64,000 nt of DNA, taken from sequence record DRR378314_223, one strand, 5' to 3'. The position numbers and the translations under genes were made by a program. Below are positions 38,852 to 49,219 of the stretch, one piece after another (the first letter of the stretch is position 1; each line of letters opens with the position of its first letter). The notes under the pieces were generated by a model, which saw only the letters and a program-made list of their open reading frames with translations, was not told where the DNA came from and did no database searches.

Positions 38852-39798
38852 TTTAACCTCGGGTTCAATGCATCACGCAGCCAGTCGCCCAGCATGTTCA
38901 CGCTTAATGCCAGGGCAAGCAATGTGCAGGCCGGGAAGAACAGGATCCACCATTCGCCAGAGAACAAGAAGCCTTGTCCGACCCTGATCAATGTGCCCAA
39001 TGACGGCTGTGTGGCTGGGGCACCGACGCCAAGAAAGCTCAGCGTGGCCTCAGCGATAATTGCAAGCGCCAGTGAAATCGTGGCGATCACCAACACAGGC
39101 GACAGGATATTTGGCAGGATGTGCCGCAACATAATCGCATAAGGCTTTCGACCGATCAGCCGCGCCGCCGATACGTAATCTTTGCCCTTTTCCACCAGCG
39201 TGGCCCCACGCACCACGCGGGCAAATTGCACCCAATCGGACAGGCCAATAGCAAGGATCAAAACCCAGATTGCCATTTGGTCGCGGTGCTCGACCGGCGT
39301 GATCCCTTTGGCGACCCCAAAGATCAGCATCGCCACCAAGATCGACGGGAACGTCAACTGCACGTCAGCGGCACGCATGATAAAACTATCAGCCCAGCCG
39401 CCGAAATAGCCCGCAATCAGGCCTAAAATGATGCCTAGAACAACAGCAAACAACACAGCCGCAAAACCCACGAACAGCGAAATCCGCATCCCGTACAGGA
39501 TGGTGGAAAACACATCGCGGCCTTGGTCGTCAGTGCCCAACAAAAACGTTTCACCGGTGAACGCATTCGGGGCCATCGGCCCGGTGAAGCCGTTCATCAG
39601 GTTCAACGAGGCCGGATCAAACGGGTTTGTCGGCGCGATCAACGGCGCAAAGATCGCGGATAGGATCAACACAGCGGCAACGACCGCAGACACCATCGCA
39701 ACCGGGGACCGTTTGAAAGCGTAGAACAAGTCACTGTCAAGCGCACGGCGCATACGTGTCGGGGCGACCTCGGATGTGGAAATAGGGTGATCAGTCAT
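38848..39798 (-). CDS. Peptide ABC permease (DppC-like)
   Basis: LLGTDDQGRD, HILPN and EATLSFLG. Confidence 0.92.
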   Translation of the reverse strand: MTDHPISTSEVAPTRMRRALDSDLFYAFKRSPVAMVSAVVAAVLILSAIFAPLIAPTNPFDPASLNLMNGFTGPMAPNAFTGETFLLGTDDQGRDVFSTILYGMRISLFVGFAAVLFAVVLGIILGLIAGYFGGWADSFIMRAADVQLTFPSILVAMLIFGVAKGITPVEHRDQMAIWVLILAIGLSDWVQFARVVRGATLVEKGKDYVSAARLIGRKPYAIMLRHILPNILSPVLVIATISLALAIIAEATLSFLGVGAPATQPSLGTLIRVGQGFLFSGEWWILFFPACTLLALALSVNMLGDWLRDALNPRLK

Positions 39799-40766
39799 TT
39801 CGCGGCCACCCTGAGACGAGGATCAATGAAGGCATATAAGATATCCACCAGCAGGTTGATGACGACAAACATCACGGAAATCATCATCAGATACGCGGCC
39901 ATCACCGGAATATCGACAAACTGAATTGCGTTGATGAACAACAGGCCCAAACCGGGCCACTGAAACACGGTTTCGGTAATGATTGCAAAGGCGATAATCG
40001 CGCCAAGCTGAAGCCCGATCACCGTAATCACGGGCACCATCGTGTTTTTTAGCGCATGGCGAAAGTTGATGACCCGTTCACTTAGGCCACGGGCGCGGGC
40101 AAACCTAATGTAGTCCTGGCGCAGCACTTCAAGCATCTCAGACCGGACAAGCCGCATGATCAGCGTCATCTGGTACAAGCCCAGCGTGATCGACGGCAGG
40201 ATCAATGCCTTTAGTCCGGATTCAGTCAGGAAACCCGTGCTCCAGGCACCGATTTGCACAACCTCACCGCGGCCAAAACTGGGCAGCCAACCAAGTTCGA
40301 CCGAAAACAGGTAGATCAGCAAAATCCCAATTAGAAACGTTGGCAACGACACCCCGATAAGCGAAGCGGACATGATAAAATTCGCGACAAACCCATCGCG
40401 GCGGATCGCAGTAAACACACCCAGCGCGATCCCTACGACAATGGCAAAAATTGCGGAGAGCGTGGCCAACTCTAGCGTGGCAGGGGCGCGTTCCATGATA
40501 ATTTCAGACACTTCGCGACCTTGCCTGTAGCTGACCCCGAAATTGCCCTGTACGGCCTCGCCCAAAAATTTCACATATTGCACGGGGATCGGTTGATCGA
40601 GCCCAAGCTGCGTGCGCAGGCGTTCAACATCTTCCATCGTGCGCTCTTGACCCAGCATGTTGTCAACGGGATCACCCACAAAGGTGAACATCGAAAACGC
40701 GATGGCCCCGGTGATGATCAACACCAAAAGGGACTGAAAAATGCGTTTGAGAATGAACGGCAACAT
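39795..40766 (-). CDS. Peptide ABC permease (DppB-like)
   Basis: LGLDQP, ARARGL, HALKN and TETVFQWPGLG; ATG 40766. Confidence 0.92.
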   Translation of the reverse strand: MLPFILKRIFQSLLVLIITGAIAFSMFTFVGDPVDNMLGQERTMEDVERLRTQLGLDQPIPVQYVKFLGEAVQGNFGVSYRQGREVSEIIMERAPATLELATLSAIFAIVVGIALGVFTAIRRDGFVANFIMSASLIGVSLPTFLIGILLIYLFSVELGWLPSFGRGEVVQIGAWSTGFLTESGLKALILPSITLGLYQMTLIMRLVRSEMLEVLRQDYIRFARARGLSERVINFRHALKNTMVPVITVIGLQLGAIIAFAIITETVFQWPGLGLLFINAIQFVDIPVMAAYLMMISVMFVVINLLVDILYAFIDPRLRVAAK

Positions 40767-40867
40767 CGCGAAAGCCTTGCTTTGCCAGCACAACCCAATG
40801 GGGCCGCTGGACAAGTTGGAAAAGGATTAGAAACCGGACCCAAGGCGGCGTGCCCCGCATATCCAGT

Positions 40868-40900
40868 AAAAAAGGCGCGCCCAGATCAGGCGGGCGCGCC
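40868..40900 (-). terminator. Terminator-like hairpin after the peptide SBP gene
   Basis: Minus strand GGCGCGCCC-9nt-GGGCGCGCC-TTTTTT. Confidence 0.65.
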
Positions 40901-40913
40901 GTCATGCGGCGTT

Positions 40914-42494
40914 TTACTGCATGGTGAAGTATTTGACACGTGGCTGATCCTCTGGATCGACCTCGATGCCAACATTTTCAGCCATACCCCAGTTCAGCAC
41001 CTGGTGGTGGATTGGGATATAGAGTTGCTCGTCCTGGATCACACGCCAGATGCTGGCGATATCTGCATTGCGGGCCTCCAGATCTGTGTTGGATGCAAGC
41101 GACTTGATTTTGTCGTCCATCTCATCGTTGTCGTATCCAGTGCCGTTCCATGTACCGATGTCACTTTCACGACCATGTACGAGGAAGTTGAATATATACT
41201 CGGAGTCGTAGGTCGGAACCCCCCAACCCAGCATATAGAAGTCCGTCGCACCATCGGTGATTTTCGGAAAGTGCTGCGCCTTCGGGATCGCATCAAGGTT
41301 CACAGTTACGCCGATTTGACCCAACATCCCAACAGCCGCCTGACAGATGGCTTCATCGTTGATGTAGCGGTCATTCGGGCAATCGAGACGGATTGAGAAC
41401 CCGTCTTCATAACCGGCTTCAGCCATCAGAGCCTTGGCACCCTCAACGTCCGTTACGCTTTCGCCATCCATCTCAGCGGTCCAACCGTTGACGAACGGAG
41501 GGGCGATCATGCCTGCGGGTTGTGACTGACCACGCATAACGACCTGTTTGATCGCATCGCGGTTGATCGCCATGGACATCGCCTTACGAACGCGGACGTC
41601 AGCCAATGGGTTAGCGCCATCAACGTTGTCAGCTTCGATGTCATCCGCGCCTTGGTTCATACCAAAAAAGATCACGCGGTTCTGTGGGGCTTGCTTCACA
41701 ACAAGACCATCAGCATCACCCACTCGGGCCAAATCCTGAACCGGCATATCCTGCAAGAAGTTCACTTCGCCAGACAACAACGCTGCCACACGGGTCGCGG
41801 CGTTCTGGATCGGCGTGTAGACGATTTCGCTGACTTCCAGCGGGAATTCGTCGCGACCCCAATAGTCTTCGTTGCGGGCCATAACGGTTTTCACGTCTGG
41901 CTCGCGGCTCACAAGCGTATACGCACCGGTGCCGTTGACGTTTGTTGTGGCAAACGTGATCTCGCCGCCTTCAAAGTCCTGGACGTTGACGGTGTTGTTC
42001 GCCTCTGTCCAACCTTTGTCCATCATAAACAGGTTTGTCAGGTTGGACGGCAAGATCGGGTTCGGCCCGTCTGTCTCGATCTCAACCACATAGTCGCTGA
42101 CAGCGCGAACATCGGTGATAGAGCCGATCAGCTCTTTCATGTCAGAGTTTGGCTGCTTGGCACGCTCAAAGCTAAAGACCACGTCTTCGGCAGTGAAATC
42201 AGCACCGTCGTGAAATTTCACACCTTCGCGCAGGTTGAACACCCACACATTCGGATTTTCAGTACTTGGGGCCCAGTCGGTGGCCAGCGTCGGAACAAAG
42301 TTCCCGGCTGTGTCACGGATGATCAGCGGCTCATACAGCTGATGACGCATGGTGTGGCTGGGGCCTTCGTTTTGGGAATGCGGATCAAGGGTCAGCGCAT
42401 CACCAGCACGGGCCCAGCGAAGCGTTTCAGCATTGACCACAGCTGCCGACGACATCAGCGCCGCAACCGTTAAAAGGGCTGTTGTTTTTTTCAT
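40914..42494 (-). CDS. Peptide ABC substrate-binding protein (family 5)
   Basis: Signal peptide from ATG 42494; TLDPH, LREGVKFHDG, GTGAY and VRKAMSMAINR. Confidence 0.92.
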   Translation of the reverse strand: MKKTTALLTVAALMSSAAVVNAETLRWARAGDALTLDPHSQNEGPSHTMRHQLYEPLIIRDTAGNFVPTLATDWAPSTENPNVWVFNLREGVKFHDGADFTAEDVVFSFERAKQPNSDMKELIGSITDVRAVSDYVVEIETDGPNPILPSNLTNLFMMDKGWTEANNTVNVQDFEGGEITFATTNVNGTGAYTLVSREPDVKTVMARNEDYWGRDEFPLEVSEIVYTPIQNAATRVAALLSGEVNFLQDMPVQDLARVGDADGLVVKQAPQNRVIFFGMNQGADDIEADNVDGANPLADVRVRKAMSMAINRDAIKQVVMRGQSQPAGMIAPPFVNGWTAEMDGESVTDVEGAKALMAEAGYEDGFSIRLDCPNDRYINDEAICQAAVGMLGQIGVTVNLDAIPKAQHFPKITDGATDFYMLGWGVPTYDSEYIFNFLVHGRESDIGTWNGTGYDNDEMDDKIKSLASNTDLEARNADIASIWRVIQDEQLYIPIHHQVLNWGMAENVGIEVDPEDQPRVKYFTMQ

Positions 42495-42601
42495 AGTAAC
42501 CTCTCCGTTCGTGTTAGTTTTATGCAGGCAGTGTTGTTGTTTTTGGAACCGGCTGCAAATCCGGCAAATGACACGTCTTTTCGTTTCGCGCATCTTTAGG
42601 G

Positions 42602-42618
42602 ATAAATCTTTGATTTAT
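42602..42618. promoter_or_regulatory. Palindrome upstream of the peptide ABC operon, candidate XRE operator
   Basis: ATAAATC-TTT-GATTTAT. Confidence 0.4.
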
Positions 42619-42721
42619 ATTCTTATTTCAGGCCTTGTGCGTTTGGACCCAAACGGGCATGCGCAGACGGTAGAAAGAAAATTTAAAACATACAATAATT
42701 ATTTTTATGGCGTGAGAAACG

Positions 42722-42838
42722 ACCGCGCGACAGATCAACGATTACCTCAGCACACGATCGTTGCTCGGCAGCCTGCCGACGGTCGATTAGTTACTCGGCG
42801 ATTGTGGCTATGACGCCGAACTCTTCCGAGAAGCGCTT
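42722..42838 (+). mobile_element. IS5-family transposase remnant
   Basis: Translates as TARQINDYLSTRSLLGSLPTVD*LLGDCGYDAELFREAL, matching the 'GQxSD...WLLGDRGYDADWFREAL' segment of IS5-type transposases. There is a TAG at 42788-42790 where Trp is expected. Confidence 0.7.
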
Positions 42839-43045
42839 CGCAACTTGCTTCATCCACCAAAGTTCAAAATTATCCGCAAACAAACCTTCTCATGGTTAGA
42901 TTCACAATCTTGCGAATATCTTTGCCGTCCTCAAAATGACCTTACCAACCGATCGCTCAAAGCAAAGAGGAAATCTGAGCGCGTGTCTCACAAATTTCGT
43001 GACCATGACAGCTCATGAGAAAGTGGCATTCTGCCCCTTCCGGCA

Positions 43046-45367
43046 TCAAACCCCAAGTGCTGCTGCTATCGTTGCCTGTCCAAGGGAAATGCCTCCGTCA
43101 TTGATTGGAAACTGGCGCGGTACAAGAACGTCGCGACCCTGCGCGGTTAATAACTTCTCTACCCCGCTCAGCAGAACAGCATTTTGAAAAACACCTCCCG
43201 ACAATACAATTGTTGACGTCGAATGAGTCTCAGACAATTTCGATCCTAAATCTGCAATGAGTGCAATCAGCGAGTTGTGGAACTTGGCGGCGATGGTGGC
43301 GGGCTCAATAGCACCTTTAAGATCGGTGAGAATCCCGGTCCAAAGGCTGTGCCAATGAATGACCGGAGACGGTTCAATCAGATAAAGTCCGGCTTCGTCC
43401 GGTCGTTCTTCGGCAAGGCGCTGGAGATACATGGCGGCTTGCCCCTCAAATTCAATCTGGTCAAAACAGAGACCCAGCACACCTGCCACAGCATCAAAAA
43501 GCCGTCCTGCAGAGGATGCCAACGGCGCGTTGAGTCCACGGTCAATCATCTGCTCCACCGTAGCAAGCGGCTTGCTTTTCAGGTCAGACAGCACCGGCAA
43601 AGCGCCGAATTTCTGTTCGATTTTCACAAGCGGGTCCGGGCCGAAAACCGCCATCAGATGCGCGAAAGTGTTGCGCCAGGGCTGGATGTTGGCCTTCTCG
43701 CCGCCCGGCAACGCGATAGGGGCAAAATGCGCCAGACGGTGGAACCTTTGGAAGTCGGCCAGCAGGAATTCCCCGCCCCAAATGGTCCCATCGTTACCAT
43801 ACCCAAGCCCATCCAGAACGATCCCCAGCACTTGTGGCGTTTCCGGCCCGTACCCATGTTCGGCCAGCTCAGCCGCTATATGTGCGTGATGATGCTGGAC
43901 CTCGATCAGCGGAGCCTTCCGTTCGGTTGCAAATTCCCTCCCGATCCGCGACGCGAAATAACCAGGATGAGCATCAACAGCGATGGCGGCGGGTGTGAAA
44001 TCATGGGTCTTGGAAAACAGCGCCAAATTGGCGCTAAAATCCCGATGTGTCCGGTCGTTTTCCATATCGCCCATATGTTGCGAGACAATGGCCTGCCCGT
44101 CCTTCAGCAGGCAGAACGTATTCTTGAGATCAGCACCACAGGCCAGCACCGGAGCGGCTTTTGCAAACCCCGGATGCAGTTGTAACGGTGCCGGCGCAGC
44201 CCCCCGTGCGCGACGCAGGACAAGCGGTGCCTCCCCGACAATCTGAACGACGGAATCGTCCAGCCGGTTCACAATCTTCCGGTTATGCAGCAGCCATGCA
44301 TCGGCGATGCCATCAAGACGCGCAAGCGCCTCGGCGTTGCCCGTAACCTGCGGTTCACTTGACAGGTTCCCTGATGTCATCACCAAAGGCTCGTTGACCC
44401 GGTTCAGCAATAGGTGGTGCAACGGTGTATTGGGCAACATGAACCCCAGCCGATTTTGCCCCGGCGCGATGCCTGTCGCCAATGGCGTCCCATCTTGCCT
44501 TGCGCGGGCCAAAACAATCGGGGCCTGTGCGCTGGTCAAGGCAGCTTTGGTCGCCTCCGTAAGCTCCGCAAATGCACCAATCTGCTCCAGATCCTTGCCC
44601 ATCAGGGCAAATGGTTTAGCTGCGCGACGTTTGCGAGCCCGCAAGAGCGCCACGGCTTTTGGATTGGTTGCATCACAGGCCAGTTGAAACCCACCAAGCC
44701 CTTTGACTGCCAATATTTTTCCTTCGCTCAGCGCCAAGGCTGCTGCCTCAATCGGGTCGCCGGGCAAGGGTTTTCCCTCGCCATCGACCAACGAAAGCGC
44801 CGGGCCGCAATCCGGACAAGCATTGGGTTGCGCGTGAAACCGGCGATCCGCCGGGTCGTCATATTCCTTCTGACAGGCAGCGCACATGGCAAACGCCGCC
44901 ATCGCGGTATTTGGCCGATCATAGGGGATGGCCCGAATGATCGACAGGCGCGGCCCGCAATTGGTGCAATTGGTGAAAGCATAACCAAAGCGCCGTTTTT
45001 TGGGGTCGTTGATGTCCGCAAGGCAATCGGCACAGGTTGCCGCATCCGGCACGATGCCGGTGCGCGCAGTGCCGGACTTGCTGGGTACGATGACAAAACC
45101 CTCGATCGCTGCCTGATTGCTGCCAACGGAGATTTCGATACCGTCGATGCGCGACAGCGGCGGGGCCTGCTGGCGCAAATCACGGGTAAAGCGGTCCAGT
45201 TGATCTTGAGTACAGGCGAGCCGGATCAATACGCCGTCCGCGTCGTTCAGCACCTCGCCCGCAAGCCCGGCATCAGTAGCGATGCGCCAGACGGTTGGGC
45301 GAAAGCCCACGCCCTGCACCAAACCCCACACCCGAATTTGCCAGATTTGCATGCCGGGCGGGTGCAT
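43046..45367 (-). CDS. hypF: Carbamoyltransferase
   Basis: GLVQGVGFRP, CxxC zinc fingers, RRFHAQPNAC, HHHAH and NDGGISLGQ; TGATG overlap with hupV. Confidence 0.95.
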   Translation of the reverse strand: MHPPGMQIWQIRVWGLVQGVGFRPTVWRIATDAGLAGEVLNDADGVLIRLACTQDQLDRFTRDLRQQAPPLSRIDGIEISVGSNQAAIEGFVIVPSKSGTARTGIVPDAATCADCLADINDPKKRRFGYAFTNCTNCGPRLSIIRAIPYDRPNTAMAAFAMCAACQKEYDDPADRRFHAQPNACPDCGPALSLVDGEGKPLPGDPIEAAALALSEGKILAVKGLGGFQLACDATNPKAVALLRARKRRAAKPFALMGKDLEQIGAFAELTEATKAALTSAQAPIVLARARQDGTPLATGIAPGQNRLGFMLPNTPLHHLLLNRVNEPLVMTSGNLSSEPQVTGNAEALARLDGIADAWLLHNRKIVNRLDDSVVQIVGEAPLVLRRARGAAPAPLQLHPGFAKAAPVLACGADLKNTFCLLKDGQAIVSQHMGDMENDRTHRDFSANLALFSKTHDFTPAAIAVDAHPGYFASRIGREFATERKAPLIEVQHHHAHIAAELAEHGYGPETPQVLGIVLDGLGYGNDGTIWGGEFLLADFQRFHRLAHFAPIALPGGEKANIQPWRNTFAHLMAVFGPDPLVKIEQKFGALPVLSDLKSKPLATVEQMIDRGLNAPLASSAGRLFDAVAGVLGLCFDQIEFEGQAAMYLQRLAEERPDEAGLYLIEPSPVIHWHSLWTGILTDLKGAIEPATIAAKFHNSLIALIADLGSKLSETHSTSTIVLSGGVFQNAVLLSGVEKLLTAQGRDVLVPRQFPINDGGISLGQATIAAALGV

Positions 45368-46815
45368 CAATGCACCGTGCAGACCATGCAGGGATCAAAA
45401 GAGCGCACGATATGCTGCACGGCAATCGGTTCGGTTTCGCCGTCGCGCACCTTCGCCCCCTTCAGCGCGGTTTCCAGAGGGCCGGGTTGGCCATTGGCAT
45501 CGCGCGGCGAGAAATTCCAGGTCGTGGGGGCAATGATCTGATAGTTGGCAATCCGCCCGTCTTCGACTTTTAACCAATGGCCCAAAGCGCCGCGCGCCGC
45601 CTCGACCAGCCCGGCGCCTTCGGCCCGGTCCGGGATTTTGCCATGCTGAATGAACGTGTCATCCGAACGAATTTCGCGCAGCCAACGTTCCATCGCCGGG
45701 ACCAGCAAGGCAACCTCCAGAAAGCGCGCGACAATCCGGGCCTCGACATTTCCGCCCCTGCCCGCGAGATCAAGCGCCAGCGGATGCCCTGCCACGACCT
45801 GCCGCGCCAACGCGCCGACCTCGGCCGGTGCGCCCTCCAATCGCGGCGCCTTGCACCAGGTATAGCCCCTGGCCATTTCGGGATCGGGCGTGGTCACGCC
45901 GTCATAGGGGTGAAGCCCCCGCTCCGGCCCCAGCATCCATGAGTGAGAAATATCTTCGGCAATCAATCCAGTGTTGAGCTGTTGCAACCCAGACCCGTTG
46001 CGCAAGCCACGGGGAAACAAATGCCCGTCGCCTTCCTGATATGCTCCGAAACTCAGATAGCGGCCATCGGCGCGACCAATCTGATCCAGCCCGAGTGCCC
46101 GCGACAGATGCATAAATCGGGCGAAATCACTGTGTTGGGCACCGAGAAGGTCAACCATCGCCATCAAGTCCTTGGCCGAGTGTAGCGCGCCAAACGCCTC
46201 CAATTCGACCCCAAACACGATGCGCTGCAAGAACCGGCGAAAACCGCCCAGAATACCGGCAAGGCGCTGGACCTCATGCGCGGCAACCCATTTGGTTACA
46301 CCGCCTGGTTGCAGCGTCAGGGTATGGGGCCATTTCCCCGCCAGCAAGCCAACGATATGCATGAACTGGGCGCGTTGCGGCAGCACATCCTGCACGGCAG
46401 TGCCTTTGACGGCGGTAAAGCGTTCCACGATATCGGCATGCCAGGGGTCCGCCTGATACACTGATCGGGTAAAATCCGGCATGAAGAACATATAAAAATG
46501 TGTCAGGTGGTCGCTGATATTCTCAACGGCATGGACGAGATTGGTAACAAGCTGGCCATTTTTGGCCGGTGTCAGACCCTGAACCTCGGCCAGGGCCGTG
46601 GCGGCGGCGACCGATTGGCTGACCGAACAAATCCCGCAAATGCGTGGCGCGATCACCAGCGCGTCACGCGGGTCCTTGCCTTGCAGCATCTGCTCAAACC
46701 CGCGATAGAGTGGAGAGTTAACCTCGGCGCGCTGGACCTTGCTGTCGGAAATATCCAGCCGAACCTCCAGATCACCTTCCACCCGGTTGAATGGCCCCAC
46801 GACAAGCCGGCTCAT
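45367..46815 (-). CDS. hupV: H2-sensing [NiFe] hydrogenase large subunit (group 2b, HupV/HoxC)
   Basis: GPFNRVEGD; L1 PRICGICSVSQ; L2 SFDPCMVCTVH at the very C-terminus with no cleavable tail. Confidence 0.93.
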   Translation of the reverse strand: MSRLVVGPFNRVEGDLEVRLDISDSKVQRAEVNSPLYRGFEQMLQGKDPRDALVIAPRICGICSVSQSVAAATALAEVQGLTPAKNGQLVTNLVHAVENISDHLTHFYMFFMPDFTRSVYQADPWHADIVERFTAVKGTAVQDVLPQRAQFMHIVGLLAGKWPHTLTLQPGGVTKWVAAHEVQRLAGILGGFRRFLQRIVFGVELEAFGALHSAKDLMAMVDLLGAQHSDFARFMHLSRALGLDQIGRADGRYLSFGAYQEGDGHLFPRGLRNGSGLQQLNTGLIAEDISHSWMLGPERGLHPYDGVTTPDPEMARGYTWCKAPRLEGAPAEVGALARQVVAGHPLALDLAGRGGNVEARIVARFLEVALLVPAMERWLREIRSDDTFIQHGKIPDRAEGAGLVEAARGALGHWLKVEDGRIANYQIIAPTTWNFSPRDANGQPGPLETALKGAKVRDGETEPIAVQHIVRSFDPCMVCTVH

Positions 46816-47828
46816 GATGTACGGCCCTTTTTGCTGTTGCGGTCCGGGTAGGCGCGCAATCTATCAGAGGTGGCGCTTTCTTTCAGCCGTGGTGGCGTGG
46901 CGGCTTTGGAGAGCGAGGCAAGGGCGACAAACCATGCCTTTGGCATATCGGTTGGCAGACCAATCGGAATGCCCGCGACCTTGGGTGTTTCTACGAATGG
47001 ATGGCCGGGCTCCTCAAAACCCGGTTCGGTACAGGCGATGCAGGGATAGCCCCCTGATATGCAGGACCCGGATCCGTTCCAGGCGCGGATGTTGCAATCA
47101 CCCGCTGCCTGCGTACCTTTGCAACCAAGGTTCTCCATCATGCAGCCCGCTTGGCACAGCTTTTCAGCGCTGGCTTTGTATTCATAGAATTCGTTGCGCG
47201 AACAGCCATGATGCACCAATCGTCCGGAAATGGCATGCGGTCGACCAACACCGTCCATATGATCGGCGGTCAGCGTGCCGGTCGTCATTTGCGACAGGGT
47301 TTCGGTGACCCAATCAGGATGCACTGGACAGCCGGGAATATTGACAACCGGCAGGTCACTGTCTGATCGAAACGCAGCCCCCAGTAGGCCACCCGGCTGG
47401 TCGTCTTCGAAGGCCAGCCCGCAGGCCTCACCGGGGTTCCCTCCACTTGTGGTAATGCCCCCAAAGGCCGCACAACTGCCAACGCCAACAACATATCCCG
47501 CCTTCGCGGCAAGGGCGGCTATGACATCTTTCATTGGCTCATTTCGACCTGACATCATGTGAAACCGGCCGGTGCCCCCCGGTCCCATCATCACCGACCC
47601 TTCAAGACAAAGAATATCAAGCCGGGTCTCGTCGGAAAGCACTGCGTCGATAATAGCGCTGACTTCCTGACCGGTTTCCAGGCTCAGCGCCGGGTGCCAC
47701 AGGATGTTGATGCCAGCGGCTTCAAACGCCGTGGCCAAATCCGGCCCTTCTGCACAAAGCAGCGACAGGGTACAGCCGCCACAGCCCCCCGATTGCAACC
47801 ACAACAGATTATAGGCGTTCCTCATCAT
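46812..47828 (-). CDS. hupU: H2-sensing hydrogenase small subunit (HupU/HoxB)
   Basis: WLQSGGCGGC, GCPVHP and HHGCSRNEFY; C-terminal GIPIGLPTDMPKAWF; no Tat signal. Confidence 0.93.
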   Translation of the reverse strand: MMRNAYNLLWLQSGGCGGCTLSLLCAEGPDLATAFEAAGINILWHPALSLETGQEVSAIIDAVLSDETRLDILCLEGSVMMGPGGTGRFHMMSGRNEPMKDVIAALAAKAGYVVGVGSCAAFGGITTSGGNPGEACGLAFEDDQPGGLLGAAFRSDSDLPVVNIPGCPVHPDWVTETLSQMTTGTLTADHMDGVGRPHAISGRLVHHGCSRNEFYEYKASAEKLCQAGCMMENLGCKGTQAAGDCNIRAWNGSGSCISGGYPCIACTEPGFEEPGHPFVETPKVAGIPIGLPTDMPKAWFVALASLSKAATPPRLKESATSDRLRAYPDRNSKKGRTS

Positions 47829-49207
47829 GTCGGCCCGCCCTGTTTGGCAATCGGCAGCGTCAGACGAAAACAGGCACCGTCGCCAGCCCCGCTGATCACG
47901 TTCAGCTTTGCACCGATTTCATCCGCCATCCGAAAACTGACATAGAGCCCGAGGCCGGTTCCCTGCCCTGCTGGCTTGGTTGTAAAAAAGGGCTCAAAAA
48001 TCTGATCGACCGTGTCTGCGTCTATACCTGGGCCATTGTCGGTGATCCACAGATCAACATGGCCGTCACTGACTTCTGCTTTTATTGAAATTTGCGGGCG
48101 CGGCGTATCAGCCAGCGCGTCAACGGCATTTTGCATCAGGTTCACAAGTATCTGATGAATATTGCCTTTCTTGGACATCACAGCAAGGCCTTCCGGGCAT
48201 TCAACGCGCATATCAGGCTTGTCGTGCGCGCCGCGCAGTACCCAGTTTACAGCCGTTTCAACAACCGGGCGCAGGGCGACATCTTCCAATGGCTCTGTCT
48301 GGTTGCTGGAAAAACGGCGCAAATCCTGCACAATGTCGCTAACCCGTTCAGCCCCCTCCAATGTGCCTTCGACCAGCGGAAGAATATCCTTGGCGATCCG
48401 GTCAATTTGCAGTTCCTGACGCAGAGCCATCAGGGTATCCGGTGCAATATCGGCATCCATCGCCCGCAGATAGCGGGTGATTTTCTCGCCATAGGATTTC
48501 AGCGCAAACATATTGCCGAAAACAAAGCTGATCGGGTTGTTTAACTCATGCGCAACCCCAGCCACCAGCCGCCCTAGGGCCGCCATCTTTTCCGAACTGA
48601 CAAGATGCTGCTGGGCTTTTTCAAAATTTTGCAGCGCCTCGTCCAATTCGCGATAGGCCTGCTGTAACTCTCCAACGGGTCGCCCAATCAACACCAGTCC
48701 CGCGGGGCGGTTTCGTTTGTCATTCCGGATCGAACAATTCAACGACAGTGGAATAGGCGTTTTTTGCTTGCGGAGCAAAACTTCACAATCATGAAACGGT
48801 TCTTTGGCCTGCAAATGGTTGAGAAATCGAGTATGCGTCTCGTCGTCGCGTCCCTTCAGTATCTCGGTCAGTTGTTGTCCGACAAAGTCTTCGGTGGTGT
48901 TCCCGATAAGTCGCAACAAGGCCTCGTTGACCTGTACAATCCGGCCTTGCGTGTCGCAGACAATCAACAAATCCGTCATCGCGCTGACCACGCTTCCGAT
49001 GAATTCCTGCGCTATTTCCAGTTCGGCGTTCTTTTCTTCCAACGCGACCTGCGAGGCGATCAACTCTTTATAGACGCGGTCCATTTGCTGAATGACCTCA
49101 ATCCATGCGTCCTCGCTAGAGCCAGAAAGAGCAATATTGTGATCACCGCTAGACAGCATTGTCAGCGTCTGTGTCATGTGCTCATTCTTGTCTCTTAAAG
49201 AGTCCAT
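47825..49207 (-). CDS. hupT: PAS-domain histidine kinase (HupT/HoxJ)
   Basis: AWIEVIQQMD N-terminus; H-box GVAHELNNP; FEPFFTTK and GTGLGL. The exact start is uncertain. Confidence 0.9.
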   Translation of the reverse strand: MDSLRDKNEHMTQTLTMLSSGDHNIALSGSSEDAWIEVIQQMDRVYKELIASQVALEEKNAELEIAQEFIGSVVSAMTDLLIVCDTQGRIVQVNEALLRLIGNTTEDFVGQQLTEILKGRDDETHTRFLNHLQAKEPFHDCEVLLRKQKTPIPLSLNCSIRNDKRNRPAGLVLIGRPVGELQQAYRELDEALQNFEKAQQHLVSSEKMAALGRLVAGVAHELNNPISFVFGNMFALKSYGEKITRYLRAMDADIAPDTLMALRQELQIDRIAKDILPLVEGTLEGAERVSDIVQDLRRFSSNQTEPLEDVALRPVVETAVNWVLRGAHDKPDMRVECPEGLAVMSKKGNIHQILVNLMQNAVDALADTPRPQISIKAEVSDGHVDLWITDNGPGIDADTVDQIFEPFFTTKPAGQGTGLGLYVSFRMADEIGAKLNVISGAGDGACFRLTLPIAKQGGPT

Positions 49208-49219
49208 ATCATTCCAGCG

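Noticed and set aside
43277..45541. Long plus-strand ORFs (302 aa, 375 aa) opposite hypF/hupV
   Set aside because: Antisense shadows typical of GC-rich coding DNA.
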